From NCBI GenBank assembly GCA_965231135.1, contig OZ246419.1, positions 257,488 through 321,487 of the forward strand: DNA of 64,000 nt. The letters run 5' to 3'. The DNA is from an uncultured Gammaproteobacteria bacterium (GTDB taxonomy: Bacteria; Patescibacteriota; Microgenomatia; UBA8517). A program made the position numbers and the translations under genes. Positions 1 to 9,108 of the stretch are shown here, piece by piece (within the stretch, counting starts at the first letter, position 1; each line of letters starts with the position of its first letter). A model generated the notes under the pieces. That model worked only from the letters and a program-made list of their open reading frames with translations, searched no databases and was not told the origin of the DNA.

Positions 1-1129
1 CAAGACTTGTTCCTTCGCTTCCCATGAACTCACGAGCATAAAATCCAACTGATCCACCTGTGTCGACAAGCCATGCACCGTAATCTTGAAGGGCTTTAGC
101 GACTATTCTTGCTGGTCCTGTAGGGAGAGTGGTTATATCAAATGTCGGGTCTAATTGTAAACGGGCTCCATATGGAAGTGCATTCGGATTGGAAGAATAA
201 CCGTCGCCTGATCTTGAAGGCCACCAATAAGTGTTTTTTGATACAGCACTCCCTGAGATACTAAGTGCAAGAGCATGATTTATTTGGCCTGCGGCAATTT
301 CTTCTGGCCAAATTAGACCTCCAAAATAAGAAAGACCGTTTGCACGGCCGCCCCAGGCACCGCCATCATGCATTGTTATTCCATCTCCCACTTGGGATAG
401 ATCTGTCCAACCGTAAGCTGCATAGTTTGCCGTATAGTCGACATGCTGACCTTGGTATGTTAGATTAGCTGTTTTAAAGGACCAAGCGCTCCAGCCATGG
501 TTGTTAGTAGTATCTATGATTGCTATCTTGTGATCTGCTCCAGCACCTCCGCCATCCCATGAAGCATAAAAATTATTATCTACGGGCATTAACCCAAAAG
601 TACATTTTATTAGAGAGCCATTGTCTTGTAATCCACAAACATTTTTCCTGGGAGTATTGGAGTCTGCAAAATAAACAGGAACTGACCAGCTTTCGCCCGT
701 TCCCGAAACGACAAAAGGAGCAGTTGTTTGATTATCTGATTCGCTTGCAAGGAGTGCAATCATCTGAGATGAATTTGCGGCAATTGATTGATTGGATTCA
801 TTTATTGGTTTATTCCAGATACTGTTTGGATTAAAAGGACGAATATAGGTACCAATTGGTGCAGCAGTGGGTGATGGGGGTGAAGTTGGTGCAACCATAC
901 CATATTCTGCTAACCAGATAGTGTAGTCAATGCCATCAATTTTAGCATCAGAATTAAAGTCACCGGCGGTGAGATTTGATTTATTGAAGTTTGATAGCCA
1001 GAGGGAGTAATCAGCACTATCTACTTTGCCATCGTGATTAGCGTCAGCTTTTATGGCTTGAGCTTCCACTGAACCTTTGAGAATTAATATTAAGGATATG
1101 GCCAGAAAAACGGCTAATAGCTTCTTCAT
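1..1129 (-). CDS. Secreted protein with N-terminal dockerin-like (paired Ca-binding loop) domain; runs off the window edge
   Basis: Not in ORF track. Manual translation from ATG 1129: MKKLLAVFLAISLILIL (signal peptide), ADANHDGKVDSADYSLWL...GDFNSDAKIDGIDYTIWL, Pro/Thr linker, then a globular domain (...YGARLQLDP...ALQDYGAWLVD); open to position 1. Confidence 0.85.
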   Translation of the reverse strand, partial: MKKLLAVFLAISLILILKGSVEAQAIKADANHDGKVDSADYSLWLSNFNKSNLTAGDFNSDAKIDGIDYTIWLAEYGMVAPTSPPSPTAAPIGTYIRPFNPNSIWNKPINESNQSIAANSSQMIALLASESDNQTTAPFVVSGTGESWSVPVYFADSNTPRKNVCGLQDNGSLIKCTFGLMPVDNNFYASWDGGGAGADHKIAIIDTTNNHGWSAWSFKTANLTYQGQHVDYTANYAAYGWTDLSQVGDGITMHDGGAWGGRANGLSYFGGLIWPEEIAAGQINHALALSISGSAVSKNTYWWPSRSGDGYSSNPNALPYGARLQLDPTFDITTLPTGPARIVAKALQDYGAWLVDTGGSVGFYAREFMGSEGTSL

Positions 1130-1176
1130 TTATAAAGATAGTACCAGATATATGGTATCATTTGTAATCAAATTAT

Positions 1177-1614
1177 ATGAAATTAATTATTCAACGAGTA
1201 AATCGAGCCAAAGTTATCAGAGTTGCCGAGGTGACAGGACAAATTGATAAAGGACTATTTGTACTAGTTGGTGTTAAAAAAGGAGATACAACAAAACAAG
1301 CTGAAGAGTTGGCAAATAAGCTTGTTAAACTGCGAATTATGTCTGACGAAAACGAAAAAATGAATTTGAACCTAGTTGATGCAAAAGGAAAAATTCTGGC
1401 TGTGTCACAGTTTACGCTTTATGCAAACACAAAAGATGGAAACAGGCCAAGTTTTTTGGATGCGGAAACTCCTGATAAGGCAAAAGTTATTTATGAACAC
1501 TTTGTAAAAATAATAAAGAATTTAGGAATTGATTGCGAAATTGGAAGCTTTGGAAATTATATGAAAATTGATACTGAACTTGATGGACCAGTGACTATTG
1601 TTTTAGAAAACTAA
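1177..1614 (+). CDS. dtd: D-aminoacyl-tRNA deacylase
   Basis: QRV start, SQFTL and DGPVT motifs. Confidence 0.97.
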   Translation: MKLIIQRVNRAKVIRVAEVTGQIDKGLFVLVGVKKGDTTKQAEELANKLVKLRIMSDENEKMNLNLVDAKGKILAVSQFTLYANTKDGNRPSFLDAETPDKAKVIYEHFVKIIKNLGIDCEIGSFGNYMKIDTELDGPVTIVLEN

Positions 1615-1640
1615 ATGATATATTATGATATAATTGTTGT

Positions 1641-2102
1641 ATGTTAAGAGATGAGAGATTAACACCTGAAAGTATTAGGCAGGGACAAGTAAATGTTCTT
1701 CTTGTTGCCGGTAAGACTCCAGATATTTTGATTAGACGTTCTTTGGTTCGCGATAGTGATATTCATATAGCAGATAGATTAATGTATAACGCAAAGAAGT
1801 TTAGAAAATTTCTTGCCAAGCCGGATGATCGGTATGATGTAGTAGTTTTTGAAGGAGATAATCTTTCTGATAGCTGGTTAAATGGACATGAAGGTATGCA
1901 ATTGGCTAGTGTAATTAAAATCAGAAAACCTGATCTTCCAGTTATTTTAGTCAGTTCAACTCTTGATCTTGAAACTCTTAAAAGTGGATTTAATTTGGGA
2001 ATTGACAACATGTTTCATCGTGCATTATTCTTTGGAGATCAGGAAGAAGAACACAAAGGTTTGTGGTTAGTAGATGCGGTTAAGAAAAGTGCTTCTAAAT
2101 AA
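1641..2102 (+). CDS. Orphan protein with degenerate receiver (CheY-like) domain
   Basis: YDVVVF...GMQLA...PDLPVILVSS...GIDNMF pattern; canonical acidic/Lys residues altered. Confidence 0.6.
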   Translation: MLRDERLTPESIRQGQVNVLLVAGKTPDILIRRSLVRDSDIHIADRLMYNAKKFRKFLAKPDDRYDVVVFEGDNLSDSWLNGHEGMQLASVIKIRKPDLPVILVSSTLDLETLKSGFNLGIDNMFHRALFFGDQEEEHKGLWLVDAVKKSASK

Positions 2103-2679
2103 GCCTGTTCTCTTTTAAAAATTCTTTGACCAGTCTTTCACTTCGGTATTGCTGGCCAATACTGACAAATAATTTGTTTGTTTCACTCCAATATTTTTTT
2201 GGAAGAACTTCCATTAATTTTATTTCTGTTTCTTCTGGAGTTTTGGTGTGAACCCAGCCGAGCATGTTGCTTATTTTAAAGACATGTGTATCAACTGCAA
2301 TTGCGGGAGTATTAAAGGCGCGATTAATAACTAAATTAGCAGTTTTTCTTCCTACACCTGGCAGTTCCATTAATTCTTCACGAGTGTCTGGAATTTTATC
2401 GATTGTGTGAGCTAATTCGTAAATGTGTTTGGCTTTGGTTTTATAGAAACTAATTGGTTTAATTATTTCTTCAATTTTATTTTGACTTAATTTTTTTAAA
2501 GATTTTAAGTCAGGGGCGACTTTAAATAAATCTTTGGCGACGTTTACTGTTACGCTATCGCGAGTTCTTGCTGACATCAGGGTTGAAATTAAAGCAGTGT
2601 AGGGATCTGTAAAAATTTCAAGGGGAACTAAAACGTAATGTTTTTTGAATATTTTAAAGACTTCTTTGTAATTATTCAT
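2095..2679 (-). CDS. nth: Endonuclease III (HhH-GPD glycosylase), no Fe-S motif
   Basis: LPGVGRKTA HhH and AVDTHV; start placed at ATG 2679. Confidence 0.9.
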   Translation of the reverse strand: MNNYKEVFKIFKKHYVLVPLEIFTDPYTALISTLMSARTRDSVTVNVAKDLFKVAPDLKSLKKLSQNKIEEIIKPISFYKTKAKHIYELAHTIDKIPDTREELMELPGVGRKTANLVINRAFNTPAIAVDTHVFKISNMLGWVHTKTPEETEIKLMEVLPKKYWSETNKLFVSIGQQYRSERLVKEFLKENRLI

Positions 2680-2692
2680 AACCTTCTCTAAC

Positions 2693-2723
2693 AAAAGTAT
2701 CCCGAATAAACGGGAGTACTTTT
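2693..2723. terminator. Hairpin flanked by A/T tracts, downstream of the DUF5679-like gene
   Basis: aaaagtatcccg-aataaa-cgggagtactttt. Confidence 0.7.
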
Positions 2724-2741
2724 GTGTTTTAAAATGAAAGA

Positions 2742-2885
2742 TTATTTATTGCTTCCGATTTTAAACATTGTTGTGCCACAAACTTCACAAACTGCTTTTG
2801 TAGCCTTTTTACCATTTTTCATGGTAACTTCTTGTGCATCTTTTCCTTCTCTTTTTGTTCTGCACTTTACGCAATACATTGACAT
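2742..2885 (-). CDS. Small Zn-ribbon protein (DUF5679-like), 47 aa
   Basis: Manual translation MSMYCVKCRTKREGKDAQEVTMKNGKKATKAVCEVCGTTMFKIGSNK; SD GGGGGTGA upstream. Confidence 0.9.
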   Translation of the reverse strand: MSMYCVKCRTKREGKDAQEVTMKNGKKATKAVCEVCGTTMFKIGSNK

Positions 2886-3043
2886 TTATGAATCACCCCC
2901 ATTCGAATGAGACCAGTATAACACTGAAGTAAGATAGGCACGAAATTAACTTTTTTAAAAATATGTTTTTATCAGCTTCAATTAAAATAAATTTGCCGAA
3001 AGATCAAATAAATTCGCGATTTGTAATTTATGAAATTTTATTT

Positions 3044-3078
3044 TTGAAATGCTACTTGACAGGCCGTATAATTATTAG
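3044..3078 (+). promoter_or_regulatory. Sigma70 promoter, probably leaderless
   Basis: TTGAAA-N17-TATAAT, 6 nt, then ATG 3079. Confidence 0.7.
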
Positions 3079-3510
3079 ATGGAAACTAACCCCTTGATAA
3101 TAATTTTATTTCTTGTCACACTATTATGGTTAGGCGGTTTGACGTTTTTTTTAGTCAAAATTTTTAAGCAGTTAACTGAGTTTAATAAAGGAATAAAACA
3201 AATTAATTTTGATTTAAATAAAGATATTGTTTCTGATATTAATAAAAAATTAAGATATTTGGAAGGACGTGAACTTACTCATATTCAAAAAGTTGGTATG
3301 ATAAGATTTAATCCCTTTAATGAAACTGGAGGAGATAATAGTTTTGCAATTTCACTTCTTGATGGAGAAGCAAACGGAATTGTAATAACAGGGCTCCACA
3401 GTAGAGATAAAACTCGAATATATGCTAAAAAAATTGAAAAAGGACAGAGTAAATTTGAACTATCTAAAGAAGAACAAGCAGCGGTAAGCTTAGGAATAAG
3501 ACAAAGATAA
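3079..3510 (+). CDS. DUF4446-like membrane-anchored protein
   Basis: N-terminal TM; RFNPF..GGDNSFAISLLD..NGIVIT...RIYAK. Confidence 0.85.
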   Translation: METNPLIIILFLVTLLWLGGLTFFLVKIFKQLTEFNKGIKQINFDLNKDIVSDINKKLRYLEGRELTHIQKVGMIRFNPFNETGGDNSFAISLLDGEANGIVITGLHSRDKTRIYAKKIEKGQSKFELSKEEQAAVSLGIRQR

Positions 3511-4733
3511 TGCAGAAATTTAATAAATTAATGAAAACAAAATGGGGAATGATTGGATTTTTTGTTGTTCTTTTTGTGATTGCTGTCGGACTTTCATGGG
3601 TTTTATTCTCATTTGTATTTAAAGCAAATACTCCTGGAGTGAACAGTGCAAATGTAAATGATGCAAGAAGCAAAATTGCAAGCCTTCCAAAAACTGAACC
3701 GTGCCCTATTAATGGTGAACTTTATACTTCTGAGGAAAAATCTATCTGGAATGGACGACGTCCTGCATTTGTAATGGTTGAAAATCATGTTGATTCAAGG
3801 CCACCAAACGGGCTTTCAAAGGCTGACTGGGTATATGAGGCCGTAGCAGAAGGGGGAATTACAAGATTTGGAGCTGTATTTTATTGCGGAACTGCTGCAG
3901 GAGACGTGACTGTTGCACCAGTTCGTAGCTCCAGGGTCTACTTTATAAATAGCGCTTCTGAGTACGGAGATAGGCCGCTTTATGTACACGTAGGGGGGGC
4001 AAATGATTACGGGGCAAATGGCGGGCCAAAGCCTAACGGGGAAATTGATCCAAGAGTTGATGCTCTTGGGCTTTTGACACAAATTGGTTGGAGAATTCCT
4101 GGAGGAAATGATTATGATGCATCTTATGATGCGGGATACCCAATATTTTTTAGGAATCTTGAACGATTAGGACATCCGATTGCTATTGAACACACAATGG
4201 AAATTTCAACTGATGCACTTTATCAGGATGCCGAGAAACGAGGACTTGCCTATACTGCAAAAGACGGAACTCCTTGGACTAAAGGATTTGTTCCTTATAA
4301 TTTTGTTGATGATAATAAAGCAAGCAGCCCTACTGCAACTGACATTAAGTTTGATTTTTGGAGCAGTCAGCCTGATTACAGCGTTGAATGGAAATATGAT
4401 GCTAAAAATAATGATTATCTTCGATGGGATGGAGGCCAGCCTCATACTGACGGAGATTATAATAATGTACAACTTTCAGCAAAAAATATTATTGTGATGC
4501 AAGTACAAGAAACTGGGCCAGTTGATAGTGAGGAGCATATGATTGAGCAAAATATAGGAACTGGTAAAGCACTACTTTTCCAAAACGGAACAGTTACAAA
4601 TATTACCTGGACCAAAAATGACAGGACAAGCAGAACAAAGTTTACTGACGGCAATGGAAAAGAAATTTCATTTGTAAGAGGAGTTACCTGGGTTGAGGAA
4701 ATTCCATCAGGAAATAGTGTAAATTATAATTAG
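3510..4733 (+). CDS. DUF3048 (YerB-like) membrane-anchored protein
   Basis: VMVEN...RP..GLSKAD.VYE..AEGGITRF, PVRSSR. Confidence 0.85.
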   Translation: MQKFNKLMKTKWGMIGFFVVLFVIAVGLSWVLFSFVFKANTPGVNSANVNDARSKIASLPKTEPCPINGELYTSEEKSIWNGRRPAFVMVENHVDSRPPNGLSKADWVYEAVAEGGITRFGAVFYCGTAAGDVTVAPVRSSRVYFINSASEYGDRPLYVHVGGANDYGANGGPKPNGEIDPRVDALGLLTQIGWRIPGGNDYDASYDAGYPIFFRNLERLGHPIAIEHTMEISTDALYQDAEKRGLAYTAKDGTPWTKGFVPYNFVDDNKASSPTATDIKFDFWSSQPDYSVEWKYDAKNNDYLRWDGGQPHTDGDYNNVQLSAKNIIVMQVQETGPVDSEEHMIEQNIGTGKALLFQNGTVTNITWTKNDRTSRTKFTDGNGKEISFVRGVTWVEEIPSGNSVNYN

Positions 4734-4779
4734 TAAAGTCTGCCCTTTTGTGTTATGATCGAGTAAATTAAATTATCAT

Positions 4780-5364
4780 ATGGCAGATCTTTCGAATATT
4801 ATTACTTCAAAAGTTAGAATTGAAATTTTGGAACTTTTTTATTCCAATCCTACAGAAATGTACCATGTGCGAGGAATTGTTCGCGAAATTAATGAAGAAA
4901 TTAATGCAGTAAGGCGAGAACTTACAAAACTTGAATCCGCCGGAATTATTAAAAAAGAGGCGAGAGGAAATAGAGTTTATTATTTTTTGAGAGAAGATTA
5001 TGAAATGTATGGAGATTTAATCTCTATGGTAGCTAAAACTAAAGGATTGGGTAGAGACTTAATTGCAAATAAAGGCAAAATTGGAAGACCTCTTTATATT
5101 ATGTTTAGCGGACGTTTTGCAAGGCATAAGAAGCGCAAAAAAGATGATGATGTTGATATTTTAGTTGTTGGAGATATTACTCTTCCGGAGCTTGCAACGT
5201 TAATTAGAGCTGAAGAATCAAGGCGAAAAGGAGAAATTAATTATACTGTGATGACAAGGGATGAACTGCTTTTTCGTAAACAGCGACGTGATCCGTTTCT
5301 TGCTGGAATACTTTCAATGAGCAGAGTTATGGTTATTGGTGATGAGGATGATTTAGTTAGCTAG
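4780..5364 (+). CDS. Winged-HTH plus nucleotidyltransferase-like fusion protein
   Basis: N-terminal HTH (VRGIVR...NAVRRELTKLE); C-terminal SG.F...DVDILVVG. Confidence 0.75.
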   Translation: MADLSNIITSKVRIEILELFYSNPTEMYHVRGIVREINEEINAVRRELTKLESAGIIKKEARGNRVYYFLREDYEMYGDLISMVAKTKGLGRDLIANKGKIGRPLYIMFSGRFARHKKRKKDDDVDILVVGDITLPELATLIRAEESRRKGEINYTVMTRDELLFRKQRRDPFLAGILSMSRVMVIGDEDDLVS

Positions 5365-5373
5365 ATAAAATAT

Positions 5374-5760
5374 ATGTCAGAAATTGAAAAAGGATCAGAA
5401 TATTCAGATCGAGGAAGATTTGAAAGAGAAAGAGCTGGTGGTGGCTCTCCAAGAAGTGGTATTGATATGTGGCTTCACTGTAAAAAAGCAATTCCGCAAG
5501 TAGATGTTCTTTCAGAACCAAGACAGAGTGAAGGACCAAGAGAGGGGTTTAATTCTGATTATAGTTGTGATGATCCGAATATTGTTAAACTTGCTAGGGA
5601 AAGCGGGCGTAAGATTGATTCTTACTCTAATAAATCTGGTAAAGTTGTTTTTGAAGCAGTTGAGATGGTTGCTGGTGGAGATTATAGAATGGAAAGAATA
5701 CAGTCAGGTGTTTGGTGTGCAAAGATTAATTGTCCTTTCTTTGAACTTAGAGAGTCTTAA
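5374..5760 (+). CDS. Hypothetical orphan protein (4 Cys)
   Basis: 128-aa ORF filling the gap between genes. Confidence 0.6.
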   Translation: MSEIEKGSEYSDRGRFERERAGGGSPRSGIDMWLHCKKAIPQVDVLSEPRQSEGPREGFNSDYSCDDPNIVKLARESGRKIDSYSNKSGKVVFEAVEMVAGGDYRMERIQSGVWCAKINCPFFELRES

Positions 5761-7096
5761 TTCTTTTTAATAAATCTTCTTTTGTATTTTCTAATTTCTT
5801 TTCTTCAACTTCTTTAAACAAGCTTTCTAAAATCTCTCCGATTTTTTTGCTTGGTTTTAGATTTAATTCTTTCATTACATCAGTACCATTTATTTTTAAA
5901 TCTTTAATTGAAAATGGCTGCTTTTGAACTTCTAATAATCTCTTTTTAAATTCTTCTGTTCGCCAACTTGTAAGCTTTGCTCCACTTCCTACTCGATCTG
6001 CAGTGCGCAAAATTAACATGTCATCCAAATACTCTGGTGTTACATTTTTTATAAATCTTCTAATTGCAGAATCAGTTTGAAATTCATTGACAGTAAATTG
6101 ATGCCATCTTACTAATTTTGTTAATTTATCGGTTTCTTTTTTGGAAAATCGCAAACGATCTGCAATTTGAAAAGCGATTTTTGTGCCGGCAACTTCGTGA
6201 TTATAAAAAGTGATAGTGCCGTTTTCTAATTTTTTAAAAGTTTGAGGCTTTCCAATATCGTGAATTAAAATGGCAAAATTGGTGACTGGATCTTTTGAAG
6301 TACTTGATTTTAATGCCATTAGAGAATGAGTGCCAACATCGTAAATATGATGGCGATTAGGAGATTTTTGTTCGACGCCAAACATTTTGTAAACTTCCGG
6401 CAAAATGATTTCAAGTAACATGGAATCTTTTAACAAAATTATTCCCTCATATGAATGATTTGAAGATAAAATTTTGAAGAGTTCTTCTTTTATTCTTTCT
6501 TTGGAAATTTTGGTGATCAAATTTGCATTTGATTTTATTGCATCGAGAGTTTTATTTTCTATTTTGAAATTTAATTGAGAAGCGATGCGAATTGCTCGTA
6601 TCATGCGAAGAGCGTCTTCTGTAAATCTATCTCCCGGATTACCAACTGCTTTTATTATTTTTCTATCTAAATCTTTTTGGCCATTATAAATATCAATTAC
6701 TTCGTAATTGTTTTTATTTTGTTTTAAAGCGAGAGCGTTAATTGTAAAGTCACGTCTTGCAAGATCTTCTTCCAAAGTTTTTCCCCATTCAACTTTTTCA
6801 GGGTGGCGAGAATCTTTGTAACCAGACTCTGTACGAAAAGTTGTAATTTCAAAAGGATCTAAATCTTTACTATTACTTGGGAAACCAACTGTCCCAAATT
6901 TGTTGTCATAATATGCATCTTCCCCTAATGTTTTTAAAATTTGATCAGGGGTTGCATTGGTTGTGAAATCCCAATCGTTGGGAATTTTTCCAGTTAATAA
7001 ATCACGGACTGCCCCGCCGACAATATAAATCTCGAAATTTTCATTTTCAAATTTTGATAAAATATTTTTTACTTCTTGTGGTATATTGAAATTCAT
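5747..7096 (-). CDS. cca: CCA tRNA nucleotidyltransferase with HD domain
   Basis: VGGAVRD, DWDF, RRDFTINA, EDALRMIRA, HDIGK. Confidence 0.95.
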   Translation of the reverse strand: MNFNIPQEVKNILSKFENENFEIYIVGGAVRDLLTGKIPNDWDFTTNATPDQILKTLGEDAYYDNKFGTVGFPSNSKDLDPFEITTFRTESGYKDSRHPEKVEWGKTLEEDLARRDFTINALALKQNKNNYEVIDIYNGQKDLDRKIIKAVGNPGDRFTEDALRMIRAIRIASQLNFKIENKTLDAIKSNANLITKISKERIKEELFKILSSNHSYEGIILLKDSMLLEIILPEVYKMFGVEQKSPNRHHIYDVGTHSLMALKSSTSKDPVTNFAILIHDIGKPQTFKKLENGTITFYNHEVAGTKIAFQIADRLRFSKKETDKLTKLVRWHQFTVNEFQTDSAIRRFIKNVTPEYLDDMLILRTADRVGSGAKLTSWRTEEFKKRLLEVQKQPFSIKDLKINGTDVMKELNLKPSKKIGEILESLFKEVEEKKLENTKEDLLKRIKTL

Positions 7097-8755
7097 ATGG
7101 CATCTCAATTATACCCTAAAAAAGTCTGGCAGATTTTAAACACTGATGAAAAAAAAGATATTGTTGATGTACTTCTTGAAAACCGTAATCTAAAAACAAA
7201 AAAAGAGAAAGATGATTTTTTTGATCCAATTAAACCAGAAGACATCAAGTTAAAAGATTTAGAAATTGATGTAAGCGAAATTAAAAAAGCAATCAAAAGA
7301 ATAAATTTGGCAAAAAAAAATAATGAAAAAGTTTTTGTTTATGGAGATTATGATGCTGATGGAGTGACTGCGACTGCAATTATGTGGGAAGCACTTCATA
7401 AATTAAAAGTTGATGCAATGCCTTATATTCCTGATAGATTTATTGAAGGATATGGAATTAATAAAAAAACGCTTGCGCGGTTAAAACAGGAAAACGAAAA
7501 CCTGAAAGTTATAATCACGGTTGATAACGGAATAGTAGCTTACGAAGCGATAGATGCTGCCGAAAAACTTGGGATAGATATTATTGTTACAGACCATCAC
7601 GAAGCGGAAAAAAAGAAAAATAAACAAGTTTGTCATCCTGATAAAGCGTTTGCAATAATTCATACAAAAAAAATTTGCGGAAGTGCAATCTCATGGATAG
7701 TTGCACGAGAACTTGGAGTAACAACTGGACTTGAACTTGCAGGAATTGGGACAATTGCGGATCAAATGCCACTGACCGCTGCAAATAGATCTTTTGCAAA
7801 ATATGGAATAGAAGCATTAAAGAAAACTAAAAGAGCAGGACTTATTGAACTACTCCACGACGCAAAAGTAGAAATGGAAAATATTTCGACTTATGAAATA
7901 AATTATATTATTGCGCCGCGAATCAATGCGATGGGAAGACTTGTACATGCAATTGAAGCGCTACGACTTCTTTGTGTAAAGGATCCTAAGCGTGCCAAAG
8001 AGTTGGCAAAATTAATTTCTAAAACAAATTCACAAAGACAAGAAATTGTGGAAAAGACAGTAGTAAGTACACAAAGAAAGATGGAAAACTTTAATGATTC
8101 GATAATTTTTTTAAGCGATAAAAATTATCATGAGGGAGTAATAGGGCTTGCAGCAGGGCGACTTGTTGAAGAGTTTTATTTACCTGCAATTGTTGTCTCT
8201 CGGGGGCGCGAATTTAGTAAAGGAAGTGCCCGCAGCATTGAAGGGATAAATATTATTGAAATGATTCGGGAACATGCTGAAATTCTTGTAGCGCATGGAG
8301 GGCACACAATGGCTGCTGGATTTACAATAAAAACTTCGAAAATTGAGGAATTTCAAAAAAGATTAAACAAAACTGCCAAAAAACTTTTAACTGATGAAAT
8401 TTTACAGAGAAAATTAAAGATCGATTCTCTACTTGATTTTAAATTGATTAATTGGGAACTTGTAAAGAAAATAAAACAATTTGAACCGACTGGAAACGGA
8501 AATCCAACTCCAAGCTTTGTAACGCAAACTGTAAAAATTATTGATAAAAGATTACTTGGGAAGGATAAAACACATTTGAAATTAAAACTATCAAAGGATA
8601 GTAAATTTTTTGATGCAATTGGATTTGGAATTGCGAAAGATTTTTCAAATTTAGAAAAAGGAGATCTGGTAGATGTTTGCTATAACATTGAAGAAAATGA
8701 ATGGAATGGAGTAAAAAGTTTACAATTAAGAATTAGAGATTTGAAGCAGGTTTGA
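7097..8755 (+). CDS. recJ: ssDNA exonuclease RecJ
   Basis: GDYDADG, TVDNG, TDHH, PRINAMGR, GGH..AAG; exact start uncertain. Confidence 0.96.
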   Translation: MASQLYPKKVWQILNTDEKKDIVDVLLENRNLKTKKEKDDFFDPIKPEDIKLKDLEIDVSEIKKAIKRINLAKKNNEKVFVYGDYDADGVTATAIMWEALHKLKVDAMPYIPDRFIEGYGINKKTLARLKQENENLKVIITVDNGIVAYEAIDAAEKLGIDIIVTDHHEAEKKKNKQVCHPDKAFAIIHTKKICGSAISWIVARELGVTTGLELAGIGTIADQMPLTAANRSFAKYGIEALKKTKRAGLIELLHDAKVEMENISTYEINYIIAPRINAMGRLVHAIEALRLLCVKDPKRAKELAKLISKTNSQRQEIVEKTVVSTQRKMENFNDSIIFLSDKNYHEGVIGLAAGRLVEEFYLPAIVVSRGREFSKGSARSIEGINIIEMIREHAEILVAHGGHTMAAGFTIKTSKIEEFQKRLNKTAKKLLTDEILQRKLKIDSLLDFKLINWELVKKIKQFEPTGNGNPTPSFVTQTVKIIDKRLLGKDKTHLKLKLSKDSKFFDAIGFGIAKDFSNLEKGDLVDVCYNIEENEWNGVKSLQLRIRDLKQV

Positions 8756-8936
8756 TTTCTTTTGTTTTTCTAATTTTCATTCCACTTGTTTCTGTTTTTA
8801 TGTCCATTGTGTTTGTTCCGTCAGGATGAACATCTATATTTATCTCTAGGGATGATTCTTCACACGCTCTTCTTCTTGCTTGTAACAAGTATTCAATTTC
8901 GTTAATAGTTGTTGGTGATATTGTCTCTTTTGGCAT
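8733..8936 (-). CDS. Hypothetical orphan protein (MPKETISP...)
   Basis: ORF convergent on recJ, lying just after the 8945-8970 terminator. Confidence 0.5.
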   Translation of the reverse strand: MPKETISPTTINEIEYLLQARRRACEESSLEINIDVHPDGTNTMDIKTETSGMKIRKTKEIKPASNL

Positions 8937-8944
8937 AAAACCAT

Positions 8945-8970
8945 TAAAAAACCTCCTTTTCAGGAGGTTA
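8945..8970 (-). terminator. Intrinsic terminator
   Basis: Minus strand aacctcct-gaaa-aggagg followed by T6. Confidence 0.8.
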
Positions 8971-9013
8971 AAATTCACGCTTAACCTCCCGCTTTAAGCG
9001 AGGTGATTAATTA

Positions 9014-9064
9014 ATGTTGGGAAAACTTTTACTGTTAACATTTCGACTGTATTTTAGCAATTGA
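9014..9064 (+). CDS. Candidate 16-aa hydrophobic peptide MLGKLLLLTFRLYFSN
   Basis: SD GAGGTGA at 9000-9006, 7 nt before ATG, matching other SD-led genes in the window. Confidence 0.35.
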   Translation: MLGKLLLLTFRLYFSN

Positions 9065-9080
9065 CGCGCTTTCTTGTCAA
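9051..9080 (-). promoter_or_regulatory. Near-consensus sigma70 promoter for a ~100-nt minus-strand RNA or leader
   Basis: TTGACA-N18-TAAAAT with extended -10 TG. Confidence 0.7.
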
Positions 9081-9108
9081 TAAAATACACATGAAGTACA
9101 ATACACTC

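Noticed and set aside
265-834. Plus-strand ORFs 265-468 and 520-834
   Set aside because: Shadows of the minus-strand CDS 1-1129.
2722-2910. Plus-strand 62-aa ORF
   Set aside because: Antisense to the SD-led Zn-ribbon gene 2742-2885.
4780-5760. MNT-HEPN toxin-antitoxin pair
   Set aside because: The downstream ORF shows no HEPN Rx4-6H motif or helical HEPN character.
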